DNA from: Trichoplax adhaerens
Lineage: Eukaryota; Animalia; Placozoa
Reading direction: 5' to 3'
NCBI RefSeq assembly: GCF_000150275.1
Contig: NW_002060949.1
Span: 1,919,836-1,983,835, forward strand
Length of the DNA stretch: 64,000 bases
Part shown: piece after piece, positions 41,701-58,082 of the stretch
Layout: each line of letters starts with the position of its first letter
Position numbering within the stretch: position 1 is the stretch's first letter
Position numbers and translations under genes: made by a program
Notes under the pieces: model-generated
The model's database searches: none
What the model saw: the letters and a program-made list of their open reading frames with translations, nothing else
Told to the model about the DNA's origin: nothing

Positions 41701-44700
41701 GCTATATACAAGGTACAGAAGGTTACAGTTTTATACAGTGTACTACCTTTAAATAAGATACAAATACGCAAGCAACTTTCGATGATAGCGTCTTCGTATA
41801 TTATATCAATATGGTATTCATGTATCTTAACTGAGTAAATAAAGCACTTGCTACCAATAGTATACCCGCAATTGCATGAAAAATTCTAGCGGACTTTGGT
41901 ACCACCGCAGAGTCTCGAATCAGACAAATCTATTTACATACTGGTACAACGTCACAAAGTCCGTCTGTACTGTGGTTGTGTTCGTACGCTACTGGGCTCT
42001 TTTTTTCGAGTGTTGCAGTAATTCCTGATCGTGGTCATGGTACTAATGTTACACTCAACTGTACAGACAGTGACTGCTATATCAGATCTGTCGTAGAAAA
42101 CGACCGGGTTCTCTTTCCAGTACTGTCAGTGGAGTGAATGATTTACAGTATTTCGCACTATACTGTACAGTATATAATACAGCGTCTCTCTCTCTCTCTT
42201 TCCAAGGTCTCTAGAGTACACTACAGCACAGTAATGGCTAAAAAGTTTTTCACTTGCGGTAGCTTACAGTACAGTATGAAATCAGTATGCAGATCTATTG
42301 CACATAGTCTATGTATATCACCACTTCATTCTTGCCTTTTTAACATAAAATGTAGTTCAGTTTTCTCCAAATAAATATGGATGAAATATACTGTATGTTA
42401 ATAAATAGCTAAAGAATTCAAAATTTGATTAACATTGACATTTTGCCGTTTATGTATTTAATTTCTGAGTGAAGTTTTGAAAATTTTGTCGCTAGAATCG
42501 AGTAGTTGAGACTTTTCTCGACAATTTGATATGTAATTTTGCAATAATATTCTCTATATTCACTTATTTTTATTACTACATGGCTCGCAACGGCAAAATG
42601 CAATGAATCACACTCACTGTGGCTTACAGTACAGAATGCAAAGTACTGTACTGTACTTCCACACTGTACACTGTATAGTCCAGTACTGCATCTCATTCAA
42701 TTTTACGGGTAAATCGACTTCAGCACTGCATTTTATTCACTTTTCTCTTAATTTATTCATAGCCATTTGGGAGCTACGGCCTACGGTAGTCTGAATGTCT
42801 GAATAGGCTTACACAGATCAAAGGCATTCTGTAAAATTTCAACTCTATTCAAGACGTATCATATTTATATTCAATACTGTACAATACAAAGACCTAGAAA
42901 AATCGTTAATCGTACGCATACGTAAAATTGGATGCCACAAGTGAATCATTCATTGTAGGCGCACGGTACTATTGAGATGACACACTGAATTTTAGTCGTT
43001 ACAAGATTGGATTGCAAATTCGGATGCAATCCCCAATTACCGTAATCTGCTCTCTACTGCATAGTTGACAAAAATTTTACTAAACAAAAATAGTAGAATG
43101 GACAGTACTAAGTGAAAAATGAGCCAGTAATGTTGTAAAAAGTGCTGTACTACTCATGTTCGCCATCGTCTACTTTACTCGTATATCCGAAGGCTATCCC
43201 AACTAGATCCTGTACTTAAATGCGTCCTTTATAAGAATTTTCCCATTTTACATGCAACCATAGGATTATAATCACCCATTTACCCCTTTCGATTTAATAA
43301 TTTATCCCATAATGATGTAGTAGGCAGGAGTAGAATTAAGCAAGTTAAATGTATCAAGATATGATGAGGGCTCTAAATAGATTAATCTCAAGGTACAGGC
43401 GTAGTATAAGGTCAATGTACAAATCATCTCCTTATCAGGCGACGCATATTTTATATCGATATCGAAGAAATTGAAATGAAACTTTAAACTTCAATTTTGG
43501 TATAACAGGAAAAGCTATCAAAGCAGATAGATTTCGTTTCAGTCATGATCTACAATAACTAAAGCGCAATGGATATCATTTCGCTTGGCCTATTCAGTAT
43601 ATGGAGGGACTTAGCAGAACATATAAGCTATTGATAAATATTTTGGAATTATATTTGCAGAAGTAAAAACAGGGCCCGTCATAGGCAGTAAAAATCCAAG
43701 CTGAAAACTGGAAACTATTAATTTTACCAATCGCTTACAGTATCGTTGGCTGATATTAGAAGCAATAATTTATCATCGTTATAGTTAGTCCAAATACTCT
43801 TAAAAATTAGTTTAGGATAAACTTACATCGCTGCATCTGCTTGGTGTAATCATTCATGTTGTCCGGTCTGATACTGCGCAAAAACTTGATATAGTCATCA
43901 GAATGATATTTCGTCATTTCATCCTGCGTTGCTTTGTGGGGTCTCTGCAAAAAATAGTAATCGGTCAACAAATTTGACTCTGTTATGATAAAAAATACAT
44001 AAGTAACATAAAAGCAAAATAGTTCTTCATTAAGTAAAGGATTAAATAACTGAAGGCTATTAATACAACACAACTTAAAGGTACAGCAGTTCTGTATCTT
44101 TAAAACTATATCTATATAAGTACACAAGAACGTGATAAAGGGTATTGATCTTACGACAGGTACAGTAAGTACATCAGGAGGCGGAGGAAGGAATTTATCG
44201 AGAATTTAACTTGTTTCGATCATTAAGTAATTTGTTTTTACTTTATTGATGTAATTGATTAACCACTTGTTTTTTACTATAATTTTATATCTGAGGCAAT
44301 ATATGCGTATATTCAGCAAAATGTGGTAATTTTACTGATAGATAAAATGTGTACTTCTAGTTCTGTATTTGCGGTAAAAGGTTATCTAGAAAGTGTCCTG
44401 CAATTTCACGCAGGGATTGATAGCAGTAAAAAGGTAAAGGCAACATTGCTTAAAATAAAATCAAGTTACTAATACTTGATTACAATGTCAGTGTAATAAG
44501 GTATATATTTCGATTAAATCGGGCAGCGCATTCTATGTATGTACAAACTGTAACATTCTAAATTCAGCATGCAACAAGAAGTTGGCAACTACCGAGAGTT
44601 GGTCGATGCAAAAAAATATATTTGTAAAACTTACAAAAATTTCCATTTTTCTGTACAATCCGTAATTCAAGACCAAGTTATGTGTCATTCGAATACGATG

Positions 44701-45267
44701 AGGTTTCATTGGATGTCCTTGGCCGTAATAATAATTGCCAATATCGCCTAAATAGCAAAAAATTGAAATTAAATTAATAAGTGTACCCGCACTTTCATAA
44801 ATTGGACGCCATCAGTAAAAAATCTTTGGAAGAGAGTTTGTAAATCAATGGCGTAAACATACGGTAATGTATCAAAAAAATGGCAAAAAGCTATGCAAGA
44901 TTCTTCAAAAGTTATTTTAATGATAGTACCGTTATCGTAGATTTGTAGTAAATTTTAAAAATTGAATTATGTCATAAATGTGAAAAAAATTCATATAAAT
45001 TATTGCAGCGGCAACTCGAATATCTGAATAGGATCGGGTACAGCATTTGTATGAATAACTGCAAAATTTTATCTGTAGCATTTCACTCTCGCATTCATAT
45101 CTAGCAACGCGATATATTTGAATCAATGGCATGCAAAATTGTAAAAAGCTAGCAAAACCAAGCTGAGATATAGCTACAGTATATACAGGAAGGATAGCAA
45201 TAAATCTTTATCACTTCTTACCGTCATAATAGTAACAAACTTTTCTCTTGCGTTCCAGGTAAGCCAT
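38786..45267 (-). CDS. HDAC1: Class I histone deacetylase HDAC1/2 (Rpd3) ortholog, about 593 aa
   Basis: 15 phase-compatible exons: 45267-45222, 44747-44635, 43944-43827, 41600-41526, 41383-41245, 41094-40953, 40696-40604, 40479-40230, 40148-40040, 39975-39917, 39821-39756, 39649-39476, 39367-39211, 39117-38977, 38885-38786. Motifs [92 protein letters not shown]. Confidence 0.97.
41960..42700. repeat. TACAGTA/TACTGTA-rich cluster in HDAC1 intron 3
   Basis: For example tatactgtacagtatata, ttacagtacagtatg, aagtactgtactgtacttccacactgtacactgtatag. Confidence 0.7.
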
Positions 45268-45389
45268 TTCGTATTTTCCACACGCGCTTTCACAACAAAG
45301 GATTGAAGCAAATTTCAAGTCGTGCACTTTCCAGGTACAGCAAATGCACTTCTAAATTGATCATGCGCCAACGTCAAGTTATAAAGTAG

Positions 45390-46320
45390 CTGGTATCTGC
45401 TGGTGATATACTGTACAGTACCGTACGGTACGATACAGAGTAGTGCCGGATTTACAGTACTTTTGACGTGCTTTACAGTGAATAGTACTGTGTTTTACAG
45501 TACGTGTACAGTATTACTGGTATCTGCTAGTGGTGTATCCTACCGTACAGTACAGTATACCGTCCAGACTACAGTACAGAGTAGTACTGGATTTACAGTA
45601 CTTTTTACCTAGTGTGCTCTTTGTCTTAGTGTGAACCTGTAATTTATACAGTACTTGGCACAGGACCGTACAGTACAAAAGGGATCGGTTATTTTCGAAG
45701 TACAGTATGTACTGTCAATACAAACGGATCGGTTATTTGTATAGTACTGTACTGTATAGGGTTAGGGTTAGGGTTAGTACAGTACAGTACTGTCAGGGAT
45801 TTCTCTGTGTTGAAGCCCGTGCGAACGGAACTGTCAGTTTTTGCCGGTACAAATTTTGGAGAGCACTAGACTACGGGATTGTGGGTACACTCTTGTCGAA
45901 AATTTTTGTTAGGATTAGCGCATGCCGCGAAATTCCACAGTACAGTACTGTACATTATACTCAATTGCATTACCGGCGTACAATATATACAGTATAATAT
46001 GCAGTACCGTATCCTATATTTCTTATATTTATTGCATAATAATGATTTATTATTATTATTAGATTATGATTATAATATCGTTCGTGACGCTTCGCGCACT
46101 GTCATGTTGTACAGTACTGTAGTTGACTCCGTGTACTGCATTGGGGCCCATACTGTACAGTTGTACTATTTTCTGAATTATAATTAATTCATTACAATTT
46201 AAGTTATCGCTGATATGACTGTAGTCTCTGCATAAGATTATAAAACATGTACTGTACACACAAGCAAACTATGAATTGCTGTTATGCTTAGGCTGAATTG
46301 AAAGTTTGATGATACTGTAC
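45390..46320. repeat. TACAGTA/TACTGTA-rich cluster upstream of HDAC1, containing a diverged direct repeat (45390-45516 / 45517-45655)
   Basis: Many mixed-orientation TACAG/TACTG units; ctggtatctgct...tacagagtagt.c.ggatttacagtactttt occurs twice. Confidence 0.8.
45757..45777 (+). repeat. Short interstitial telomeric repeat (TTAGGG, about 3.5 units)
   Basis: TAGGGTTAGGGTTAGGGTTAG, flanked by a perfect 14-bp inverted repeat. Confidence 0.85.
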
Positions 46321-46720
46321 TTCTTTATACGTACATCGTATTTGATTTACACGACGTGATCCAAACAGTATCAATCTAGTCTGTCTATGGCTTTGACGGC
46401 AAAATCGCGCTCACAATCGACTTTGGTGCTTGTACGGAACGATATCATTTCTCGCTTATGCAGTAATAATTCTAATTGTAATTTACAGTGAATATACCGA
46501 TGTATTAATTTCCCCTTGGTGTATATAGTACAGTATTTGGACATTTTGATAGTTTGCAACTTTTCGTTGATTGGAAATACATGGCCATGACAGCTAGCGC
46601 TATTGCTGTTCAAGAAGTGCAGCTTTGCCATTGATCCGTTTAAAATTTAGAATCCGTATACGCGTATTTTAATTTCAAGCGAAGTGTTGCCATAGTACAT
46701 AACAGTATTATTGTTAACTT

Positions 46721-47182
46721 GGCGCAGAATTATAATTTCAACATCAATGATGCCACTTTGAAGTTGAATTATTTGATAACTCAAAGAATAACTTGTAATA
46801 GCTCGATAAGAAGGCTAGCAACTTGAAATAGACGAAAAATTTGCCTATTATTATTATTATAATTAATTAATAATAATTATGGCATAAAATTATAACTTCA
46901 ACACCAAAGATGCCTTTTTGAAGTTGAATTATTTGATAATTTAAAGAATAAGCTTGTAACAGGTTGATAAGAAGGCTAGCAACTTGAAAGAGACGAAAAA
47001 TTTGCCTATTATTATTATAATAATTAATTAAGAACAATTATGGCACAAAATTATAACTTCAACACCAAAGATGCCTTTTTGAAGTTGAATTATTTAATAA
47101 TTCAACTAATAAGCTTGTAACAGCTTGATAAGAAGGCTAGCAACTTGAAATAGACGAAAAATTTGCCTATTATTATAATAAT
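46721..47182. repeat. AT-rich tandem repeat, about 160-161 bp monomer, about 2.9 copies
   Basis: Units start at 46721, 46881 and 47042: aattataacttcaacaccaaagatgcc...tgaagttgaattattt...gataagaaggctagcaacttgaaa.agacgaaaaatttgcctattattatta. Confidence 0.95.
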
Positions 47183-47639
47183 GATGACTACAGTAATGTG
47201 TATATCAAAGCATTGCAATGAAAGTAGCCGTAAGCACTTCTTACGAATGACTCAGACTGACGTACTCTTCGTACTCATACTGTAGTCTACGTTGCCTAGA
47301 AGGGGACATGGCGTTACGTATAAAACTCGATATTGTACTGTGTAAAACTGCTATGCCGCACTCTACAGTGTACAGTACTTTCTGGGCCACCGTATTACTG
47401 TGCTATACAGTGTACTGTACACTCGGCGTACTGGGCCTGCGTACCCATGTGTGCTGCTATCGACTCAGTACGGCCCAGTATTGGACACTGAGCGTGTAGT
47501 ACTGCCCTGTACTGGCCAACCCGGTGAAGATACTGTATGACTATTTCCATCCATAATCGTGTTGCATCAAGCTGTTGGCTGTTAATATAAATTTCATTTT
47601 TTTTCTTAGCTTACTGTACTATTATTATGCACAACGATA

Positions 47640-50394
47640 ATGAAACAGAGAATAAAGTCTATTGGTAATGGCAATATTGCCGTGCATTATCGCTTTCAAT
47701 TTCAAAGAAGATTAAAATTAAGTATAGAGCAAGTTATACGCAAGGTAAGCAACAATGAATTCTAACCACGACCAACTACAGTATCGCCATGGCTGGAGAT
47801 GATTGTTGGCTGCACAGTGTACTGCCTTGTACAGTACAACATTATGCTTGAGTCAACCAATCTCCATCGATGTCATACACTGGTGTAAAATATACCCTTT
47901 GCAGTAGTGTCAAGAACAAGATCGTCAACCACTGTAACCCGCGAAAAATATTTAAGGCGGTAAAGAATACAACTAACTCAACTAGTTACTATCAAGGACA
48001 GGAGAGCATCTTGGTTACTGTACATTAGAATAAAATATCCATAATGTAAGGGATATTTAAATGCTGGATATTTCATCCATTATAGTATGATTTAATGTAG
48101 TTCCATCTATACAAATTAACAGTAGACAGTTTGTAATGATTAACTTTCCACCAAAATCACAAGATCGATGGTTCATTCATAACATCATAGTTACAGTGCG
48201 TTAGCAAGAGTATAAGTTAAAGTCTATAATTTACAAAAATGATCAAACTGTTGATGATATCCTTGCTAATTCCATCAGGAAATTGCAATATTATGATATA
48301 GACAGGTCATCGATATTGCTAGTAAGCATTGCTGACTGTATAAGAATACATCAGTTTTTCCATAGTTGGTAATTAAAAGAGTATCATGACAAGTGTCTTT
48401 CTGTAAGAGGTAGAACGCGCTGTGGGCAGTAGAATACGTATGACAATAGTAAAGTTATTTCGATTTTTGCAAGAGATCACAATTATTGACGTACGTTGAT
48501 ATGCTTGAGATGGAGAACTTCTAGTCTTTATTCACTGTAAATGAAGAATACACTATTGCATTTTTAAATAGTACCACCGATCGCAGAGTATCGGAAATCC
48601 TGTTATTAGTTAGATCCATGCAGAAGCTTGACTACAATAATGAATTATAATTAATTATTATTATCTGTACTTGCACAGTATGTACTCTACTGTATCTATA
48701 GTTCGGCCTCATTGAACTTACATTGACTCTGCACATAGCGTACATTTACAGTATATAAATATCTTTAAATAATTATATAATCAGTTCCAAAGAAATGAAG
48801 GACTGAATTTTGTTATAGTTAGGATAGTGTGTGCAAAAGGTAGAGTAGTAGCATTCAAATTGAGCACAAGCTGGTGGACATGTACTGGACGAAAACTTCA
48901 TTTCAATTACCACTTGTTATGCATCGCGTATTTTATCGCAATTAATTCAATAATAAACTTTCTTATCTTAAAATGCTTAACAATATCTCTTAGTTTATAC
49001 TAATCTGGCCACTATACCATTTATAGTATGACAAACCATTCGAAAACTCCGACGTTGTTGAATTATCAAATATGACCATTATTAAAAAAGGAGGTACTCA
49101 TCAGTATACGTTCGTACATAACGTATTTGATTGTAATGCTATAGAAGTAAATACAAGATTAATAAATACTGGTTGCTGGTTGAATTTCATTTCAACTTGA
49201 TTACTAATGGACCCAATTTGTTCATTATACCCAATGTCAACCCGTTTATAGACACATTGACTAAGCTACCGAAAAGGCTGGATTTCGGATCACTCTTTAC
49301 CGGAATTAAAACTAAGGGTAAATTTCTGGAAGATGTACTTTAATTTCTCCTTTATGGAATTATAAAAAGACGTAGCATTTCTGGTGACTAATACAATCTG
49401 TTAAGATATCAGAATTAAAAAAATTTTCGAAAGTTGGTATTTATGATTCAATACTATCTCTACAATATTGGAATTAATTTTCCATCTTTATATCATTTAT
49501 TATCATTATTCATAGTTATTTTAATACTAACATGAAGTTTTTATTCAATTAAAAGGTGTGTCTACACATGAATGTCTCCATGAATCAGCAACAAGCAGCG
49601 GATATCATACAAGTCTGCAAGCTGAAGAAGATCATTACACAAAAGATAAAGTAGATGTAGCACTAGATAATCAGACTGCGAAATCAACCCTTTTTATTGA
49701 TGTTTTTACTGCTGAGCAACTACTTAAACGTGTTGTAGATAATTTCTTATGTCAAATGCAACGTAAAGCGGTAAAACTAAATTATAATTTTAATAGCTAT
49801 GATTATAAACGGCAAAGTCGTGGTTACTTAAAAAAGACATTTTTACGGTTCACAGACGATGATATTAATCATAACGCATTAACTCAATATCAACATTTAT
49901 CATATACACAAAATACTATGCATAAAAGGCAACAACTTCACCTAAACCAAGCAAGAGCAATTGATTGGCCTCATAAAACTGATGATAACAAAAGTTGTGC
50001 TAGAACTATGCCTTTTACGAATTGCAATGTATCATGCGCTAGATGCAGACCATTTAAGTCAAAGGAGAAATTTTTACATTCACATAATGACAGTGCCATA
50101 AAATGTTCAGTAAATGATCTTTCACGTAGGAGTATAAAAGACGATGATACTGAAAGCTTAGAACTTGTTGAATTTCTTAATGGCGATGTACACAATATAA
50201 CTAGTAGACAGGTTGATAATTTAGAAGTTTCTTGTGCCAGAACTCGGCCTTGTCTAATAAGTGCAAATAATAGTTTGCAGCGTTTAGAAAAGCGTAAACT
50301 ATCTAAGGTAGATGTTATTGAAAATGATTCAGAAACTGTAATTTCATGTGCAAGATGTAGAGATTTTAATTTTTGTAAAATAACAAATCGTTAA
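47640..50394 (+). CDS. HJURP: Putative Scm3/HJURP-family CENP-A chaperone, about 336 aa
   Basis: Three phase-compatible exons: 47640-47744 (ends AAG|gtaagc), 49027-49093 (ttatag|TAT...GGAG|gtactc), 49556-50394 (aaaag|GT). Spliced N-terminus MKQRIKSIGNGNIAVHYRFQFQRRLKLSIEQVIRK/YDKPFENSDVVELSNMTIIKKG/G aligns without gaps to human HJURP RRRFQRRMQRLIEKYNQPFEDTPVVQMATLTYETPQG and to the fungal Scm3 pattern RLKxxFExIxxKY...D.vdL (sequences recalled, not searched). Confidence 0.75.
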
Positions 50395-52526
50395 ATAAAA
50401 ACATCGTTACCATTGCAAGCATTGTTTGCTTTCTAAACGGAAAGTTGGTTAATATTGTAATGGTGCTTCGTTTGATGAAGACTACTAAACTCGTTTACGG
50501 ACGTAATTAACTCCAAATTATATCTGGAGTTGCGTATGATACTGTAAAATTGCAAACAAAAGCTGTTTTTATTACCTGTGGTACGGAGGATCGTTCCGTG
50601 TATGCTTCTTAGACACTATAAGCTACCTAGAGATTGGAATTGGCTGTATAAGCTACGACTATATTCCTCTTTGTGGATTTGTAGCGGCGCTACAGTAGCG
50701 CAATCTCGAATTTGTAATGATACCCGTAATACATCAATCTCTTGACGAAAAGTGACTTAAACAGTAGCGTAGTTAATACATAGTACAGTATGCTTGCCAT
50801 GGTCCTTTCATAATATATGGGACCGTCTACTGTTAGTGTTTACTGCATAAATTTTATATTCAAATAACCAATAGCCAGGTTATTAATCCTCACGAATACA
50901 ATATATGCTGTAAAGGAATAGACACCGTATATCTATTAACTTGCAGTTTATATATGGTAGGACTATGACGATGTCGCACTCTGATTTTCATGACGCTGTC
51001 TCAGCCGGAGAGTATTCGCAATAATATACTGTACAACTAGCAAAGTAATGGTGCAGTAATAGGATTTAATAAGTCATTAGTTTACAGCTAGATAACTAGC
51101 GTATGGATATATTTTCGCACCTACAGTACAGTGTCGACACTTGTGACAGTAATGTAGTACAACTGTATCTTACAAGTGTTACGGCAGTCAATTTTTTCAC
51201 AATGTATATCCAATTTTACAATTTTATTACTTTATAAAACACTGTTAGGTGTCTAGATGACGGCAGTTCGCAATATTATTAAAATGTTTCAAAATTTACC
51301 ATCTTTCAAACAGTTTCAAATTGATATCAAATCAACAACGTATTCCAAATAAAATTCGAAGTTTAATTACAGTAATGTTAAGAGAAATTGGTGTATGATT
51401 AACAACGTACAATCAAATACATTTAAATAACACATGTTATGATAGTAGCATTATAGGAAATTAATCTTCAATCGATTAAAAATACTGAATAACATCCCTG
51501 TGAATCGGCTTATAGTAAGTGAGAACGTTAGTATGACAGTAACTAAGATAAAATTTGCTTTTTTCGCACCATAACAACACTTAATCAGCCTAAGATTATT
51601 GATTAAATATCGGTATCTATCCTAACGTATTAATTTTTTAAAACACATCTACTATACTATGCACTATAAGTACCGTAAGATATTGTTGCTGTTTGAGTTT
51701 ACAGACGTGATTAACGGCTAATATAGCATCATTGCACCATAAAATTGATTGGATATCAGGACTATACAACAATGAATATACTATACCATGCTAGATAATC
51801 TGTTTACTTAAGTGGATTATTAACAAATTAATAATAGTCTTATATAATGAACATACATGATCTTTGAGATGTACTTAGAAACACACGTAATAACTTTTTA
51901 TCGAGCTGATGCAGTCTTGCTTCATGCCATACATAAAAATTAAGGTTATTATCAAATGCCTGTGACAGGATATTAAGAAATGCATCTTGCATGATATTAG
52001 TAAAACTTAGCAACTTACAACAAATTCATTTTATAATGACATGATATTCGTGTTCATAATAATTATATAATTCCTCCTTAACGAGAATAAATGTGGTTAA
52101 GAATTTTGTTATTATTTTAAAGCGTTTAAAATCAATGATTTTAGTAAAATTATTATTATTTTAATTTTGAAATGAAATTTAGAACAGGCTTGAAGCTTAA
52201 TCAGTATATTTGAAATTAATTTGCTTAAAAATTGAACAAAAATTACCATTTACATAACTGATAATAGTTTTACTGGATAATAATAATAAGAAGAAGGCAG
52301 CATGACTATTTACTTAATCCAATTTATAGATAGCTTCAGCTTAATAAAAATAGCACATCAAACTTAAGGGAGATGTAAAATTTGAGGTTCATTTCTAATA
52401 GTTGCAATTACTGCACTTAAATGATTGCAATCTGAATAATAATGCAGTTCCATAGTACCTTATTTTTAGTCAGGTGATCAGGTGTTGCTGTTACCAATAC
52501 CAAAACTAGTCGGTGACATTTTTACG

Positions 52527-56895
<4,369 letters not shown>

Positions 56896-57079
56896 CTTCT
56901 TTTTTTTACTTCTCTTACACGCGAATAAAAGAGAGCGATAGATCCTGGTGTACTTTTGAATTGATTACTAAGATTAAATTATCGTCAATTCGATTGGATG
57001 ACTACCGAAAAATGGAGAAAGTGGTTGAAGTGAACTTAGTCACTTGGGTGTCGTTGTTTTTTTTTTGATTGATTAACGC

Positions 57080-57900
57080 TCCACCTAGTACAGTACGTAC
57101 ATGCTGTACACTGTGCAGTACAGTGTACAGTACTGTAGGGCACAGACGTCTACAGTACTGTACTGTACAATACTGAAAAACAGGCGTGACACAGGCAACT
57201 TGGCAGCCTGTCTCTTGACATGAAAATATTGTAGTACTGTGTACTGTACTTGTACGTTACCTTATTAGTGAAGATGGTTTGGTTGAAACTTCCTGTAAAA
57301 GTCCTGTACTGTCGTGTTTTGCATGGTACAGTAGTGAGAAGTCCAAGCTGCGAATCCGACTGAGTACTGCAGCTTTGATCGGTATTTTACTTGGTTGTAG
57401 AGTGTAGACCATGGTAGTCCTACAGTACTGTGATAATACTACTGTAGTTAGCGCCAAGATTACTTGGAAGTAAAGTACAGTATAGCACAGTACTGCTGTA
57501 AATGATACCTAGTAAATGATATCAATGACGTACAACACAGTATACTGTACTGACCACTACGTCAGCAACAGTACCATCACTGGGCTTCTCTCTTTACCAT
57601 TACTATACTGTACAGTGTACAGTATACAGTACACAGTCTACAGTATGCTTCTACTACAGTATAGTACTGTACACTGTACACTGTACAGTACAGTACTGTA
57701 GTAGAGACCCTAGAGATACTGACACTAACTCAATTCTAAGTCAGGTCTACAGTACTGTACTGTACAGTACGTATATCGATCCCTCGCTCGTGATGCTTCG
57801 CTTACAGTACTGTACACTGTGTACAGTACAGTACAGTATACTGTACGTACAGTGTACAGTACAGTCAGTACAGTACTGCTGCTTCTGAACTAGTTCTGTA
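57080..57900. repeat. Very dense TACAG/TACTG cluster immediately upstream of the Src-family gene
   Basis: For example agtactgtacactgtacactgtacagtacagtactgtagtag (57663-57704) and ttacagtactgtacactgtgtacagtacagtacagtatactgtacgtacagtgtacagtacagtcagtacagtactg (57802-57878). Confidence 0.85.
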
Positions 57901-57944
57901 ATCCATGTCGATCTCTCGCTAGTGATGCTTCGCTTACATTAGAG

Positions 57945-58082
57945 TACGGCGTCTGGAATTTCGTTAGACATACTTTAACTGGAAAAAATGGAACTAAAAC
58001 GAACGTACGAATACACTAGTTCTACCGATATCGAGCAATCAATTTCATTTCAATTTTGACTAAAATATCGCATACCAAAATA
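57945..58082 (+). repeat. Dispersed repeat copy 2 (also at 16849-16962)
   Basis: Aligns with 16849-16962 apart from an extra segment of about 24 nt (gatatcgagcaatcaatttcattt). Confidence 0.8.

Noticed and set aside
45403-46259. Short ORFs rich in Y/S/T/V/Q/C (also at 42138-42794, 47308-47499, 55263-55635, 57257-57701)
   Set aside because: Translation artefacts of the TACAG/TACTG repeats, which are poor in stop codons.
46721-47182. CRISPR-like array
   Set aside because: Whole monomers are repeated with no unique spacers; eukaryotic context with no cas genes.
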